NCBI GenBank assembly: GCA_964199315.1
Contig: OZ116704.1
Coordinates: 11,656,001 to 11,720,000 of the forward strand
Direction: 5' to 3'
DNA length: 64,000 nucleotides
Origin: Orbicella franksi
Lineage: Eukaryota
Shown here piece after piece: positions 60,801-64,000 of the stretch (position 1 is the stretch's first letter; each line of letters opens with the position of its first letter). Below the pieces are notes generated by a model, which saw only the letters and a program-made list of their open reading frames with translations, ran no database searches and was not told the DNA's origin. A program made the position numbers and the translations under genes.

Positions 60801-63683
60801 CATGCGCAGTAAGGTCTTTTGATTAAAAACTTATCTGCTTATATCTTTCAGGTTGGGTTTTGCCGGTATTGACTTGAGTAACATCTTACAGGTATGTAAT
60901 TTCATCATCTATTAATGGTTTAAAAATCTGTTGTTTTAAAACATGTATGTGTTCTTCACTCCGACAATGACATGTGTCTTGCGCTTTCGCGAATCGACAT
61001 TTTTTGCAGAATGTGTGTGCGTGTTGGGGGCGGGGTGGGGGGAGGGAAGGAGGTGTTTGAACATGGCGCGGGTCACGTCTTCTTTTGGTTAACTTATGTC
61101 GTTAGGTGTCACGCCACGTGATATTACCTAATATGGTCTGTTAGACCCACTTGTGCATTGCGTGACATGTCGGCAAGGAAAACGTCGTGTTCCTCATCGA
61201 GTGTGAAGACAGGTTCTATAATGTTCAATTAAAATTTTTGTTGTCATCGTTATGTTTGGAGCCCATAAAAGAGTATTATCTCATTTCTATTAGCGCATAA
61301 GATCGGTGAGAATTCATACTTAGATTGTAGCGTGACATAGCTACTTTAAAGTGGCGTGACACTGGCGTAATCTGGCCCGTTCAGCTTGATACGTCTTTAG
61401 CGTGACCTACTTGTTAACCCTTTAGGGACTCTTGAAACACGGCGAGACATTAAGACAACCTAACTTTTCTTTGTCGAGAGGCGTAAATATGCTAAAGCCG
61501 AAAAACAGTGAAAGAGGATTTCTGAGCGATCTAGACCACGCGGATTTTATGTCAGAAATTTTTTACGAAGTTGGCAGTCAGATTCAATCTTGTACAATTT
61601 TCACTTACCGTGCGGCTTTCTAATGTTTCGCTTATACTTTTGTGCAGCCCTAACTATTACCCTGACGTTACTTACGACATTTTTTACGTGACGAAGTTCG
61701 GAACTTGATATTTTACTGCTTGTGTTTGCCTTTGTTTCAGCAAAGAGCATTTTGTGAGATGAAATTATTTGTGAGATCAGAATGGAGTCCTGGAGTCCCA
61801 GTTTTGATAACGGGAAAAAGCAATTCTCTTTGAACTCCCAGTCTTCAATTTCTGGCTCAATGCTTGTTTCTTAGGATTTGCGCGAGATCTTTGGCCTTCG
61901 CTTTTGCTTGCGCCGCAGTGAAAACCAGTTTTAATTTCTTTTTCTCGTCTTGTAGAGAACATCTGACGATGAAGAAGACCAAGGAATTAGACGGTCTGGC
62001 CGCTCCAGGAAAAACGTCGACTACACGTTCAAGGAATTTGAAGACGACATTACATCAGCCGTGGAAAACGACAAGAAGAGATTCAAAGGAGAGGAGGTTA
62101 ATGGAGAGGAACAGCACTTACTGTACTCAAAGCCCGCCTACGAAACGGGTAACTTCCTTAAGGCAGGACAACAGAACACCCGCAGATCCCGCAGACTTAT
62201 GGACCTTGATTACGAAAGCGACTCGGAGTCTAGAACGAGTGGGTATGAGTACGAGGGAAATTCAGATGAAGATGGTCAGCGGACATCCACGCGGACGTCT
62301 CGTCTCCGAAGGACGCGAAGGATTATTGATGAAGACGACGAAGACAACGACGGTTGTGACTTAAAAGAAGAGGAATCGATTGCTACGGAAGGTGGGAAAG
62401 AACGGGGAGAGAAAAATCATTCAAACGGAGAGCAGCCTGATACCTCAAAATCACAAGAACATAAAGGAGGCGATAACGAAACGGCAAAGAATTCCAACCA
62501 AGAAGAACAGAAAACAGGTGGAGACAGCAAAGAACCGAAAAACGGTGGAGACAGCAGCGAAAAAGACCAGAAAATTACGAATCCAGGAAGTAAAACAGAA
62601 GTTGATAAGACGGACATTTTACCCTCTCAGCCTCAAAACACAGCTCCTCCAGGCAACAAGATCCATCCTCATTCACGTATTGCTTCTGTGGCACCAGTAG
62701 CTCGCAATCCGCCTGTTGCTGACATGACCAATTACAGGAACCCTGCCAGCTACCCCCCAGAAGGCGTGTTCCCTAATCCTCCAAATTTTGAAATGTTCAA
62801 GTCGCAGTATCCTGTGAAGCAGCCGCCAAATTACGTCGCGTCAAATTTTGGAGGCGTTAATTTAACTACGCCAAACATTACGGGAAATAACTTTACGGCC
62901 AACAATTCGGGAACTGTAAATATTTCACCCAGCAGTGTTCCAGGTATTGCTCAAGGTGGACCTACCTTTCCGGGAGCTCAGGGACTTGGAGCTCCAAATT
63001 CAAGGACAAATTACGGAGGGACCACTATTCTAGGGCCCAGCCCGGTAACACCTAGCTTTCCAGGTGCTAATACCAACTTCCCAGGTACAAACATAGGAGG
63101 ACAGAATATCCCTGGAACAAATTTCGGTGGGCCCTTCTCTGGGGGACTCAACAACGTAGGAACAAACTTTGGAGAAACGAATTTTGGTGGAGCTAACCCA
63201 ACTGGGACTGGTGTAGGAGGTTTTGGTGTCATGAAAAGTCCAACGCAAAATGTACCTGGCTCGCATTGGGGAGCCCAGACTGACTTTAATAACATGTATA
63301 GTTATCAAGGATTCCCATCTTCAGCGGGAGGAGCATCGGCTCCCGTGAGTAGTCCCACGAGTAACCAGACTTTACCACCACCGTACCCCTCTGCGACCAG
63401 GTTTGCGAATACCAACCAGTATGGAAACTATAACCAACAGTATCAAGGAAATTCTAACATGCAGAACAATTATATTGCACCACAACAGAGTGGCTTTTTT
63501 CCTGGCACGCCTCAACAGCCACCGCCACCTTATCCTTCAGGTAATTCGCTAAATGCGAACTTCTACTCGAACAATACTCCAGAGGGTAACCTTACGGGTA
63601 ACCTTGCGGGTAACCAGTGGACTTATCCCGAGGGATACGGGTATTATCCCGGTCAAGGAAATACCGCGGGACAGAATTTTTAG
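48852..63683 (+). CDS. RSF1: Remodeling and spacing factor 1 (DDT, WHIM, PHD), 11 exons, about 929 aa
   Basis: Exons: 48852-49062, 51583-51677, 52390-52482, 53340-53471, 54264-54340, 55167-55309, 56605-56690, 56902-57006, 57996-58075, 60852-60891, 61956-63683; total 2790 nt, open. Motifs match RSF1: [48 protein letters not shown]...[59 protein letters not shown]. Confidence 0.92.
53510..53959. mobile_element. 450-bp TA-flanked MITE (Tc1/mariner-type target site) in RSF1 intron 4
   Basis: TIR taccgtaaatcctcaaattagcg / cgcttattcgaggatttacggta, with subterminal gaataagcgcccc repeats at both ends. Confidence 0.85.
55479..56289. repeat. 410-bp tandem duplication in RSF1 intron 6
   Basis: 55479-55888 is nearly identical to 55889-56289. 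Confidence 0.85.
57233..57530. mobile_element. 298-bp PIF/Harbinger-like MITE
   Basis: 3-bp TSD TCA at 57230-32 and 57531-33; TIR gggcccgaccacactacgccggagaaa / tttctccggcatggtgtggatgggacc. Confidence 0.7.
57597..57837. mobile_element. 240-bp MITE
   Basis: TIR gggtcgggttgttcgaaagccg / cgggctttgaacatcccggccc; second partial copy at 47240-47338. Confidence 0.7.
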
Positions 63684-64000
63684 AACAAATTTGCTTCCGT
63701 TCACACTAATTGAATCTGTTTAGTACAGCGTAATTTAACAATTCGAGGAAATGCGAGCCTTAACGCAGCATCTCTCGATGGTTAACGTCAGGTTGATTTT
63801 CAAGCAATTGAACATTGAAAAAAGCTTTTTTAAACAGTTTTTGTTGTTGATAGTGTGAACGTAGTATTAAGAGCGTTTTTGCGGTGAGTTTTACTACAAA
63901 ACTCAGAATGTTCTTTTTAACTTTGGAATAGTAAGTCACAAGGGAACAGAGAATCGTAAAAAGTAGGATTCAAAATCGAAAAGGAACGAGGACGCTTTGA

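Overview
Eukaryotic, intron-rich, AT-rich DNA with two N-gaps (2347-2503, 45113-45285). Gene and repeat types point to a cnidarian, most likely a stony coral (inference). I reconstructed four spliced genes by hand from splice sites and phase continuity. (1) A minus-strand NLR immune receptor, 13689->5426, 9 coding exons, with architecture DZIP3-type HEPN (intact RNTVYGH motif) / seven symmetric phase-1 coiled-coil exons / NACHT / 28-aa LRR array; its NACHT-LRR exon is tandemly duplicated (2339 bp). (2) A minus-strand PLP enzyme of the D-cysteine desulfhydrase/ACC deaminase family, 39981->29547, 9 exons, with at least one GC-AG intron. (3) A 2-exon orphan gene, 44407-45784. (4) RSF1, 48852-63683, 11 exons, compact, with a prion-like/FG-like tail. 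The rest is transposon-rich: a decayed CR1/L2-type LINE, tRNA-derived repeats, nested Tc1/Kolobok-like/foldback insertions with visible empty sites, MITEs and satellites. The best candidate for an under-described system is the HEPN-NLR, with a modular exon-encoded stalk and hypervariable LRR positions. All domain assignments come from motif recognition, not database searches.
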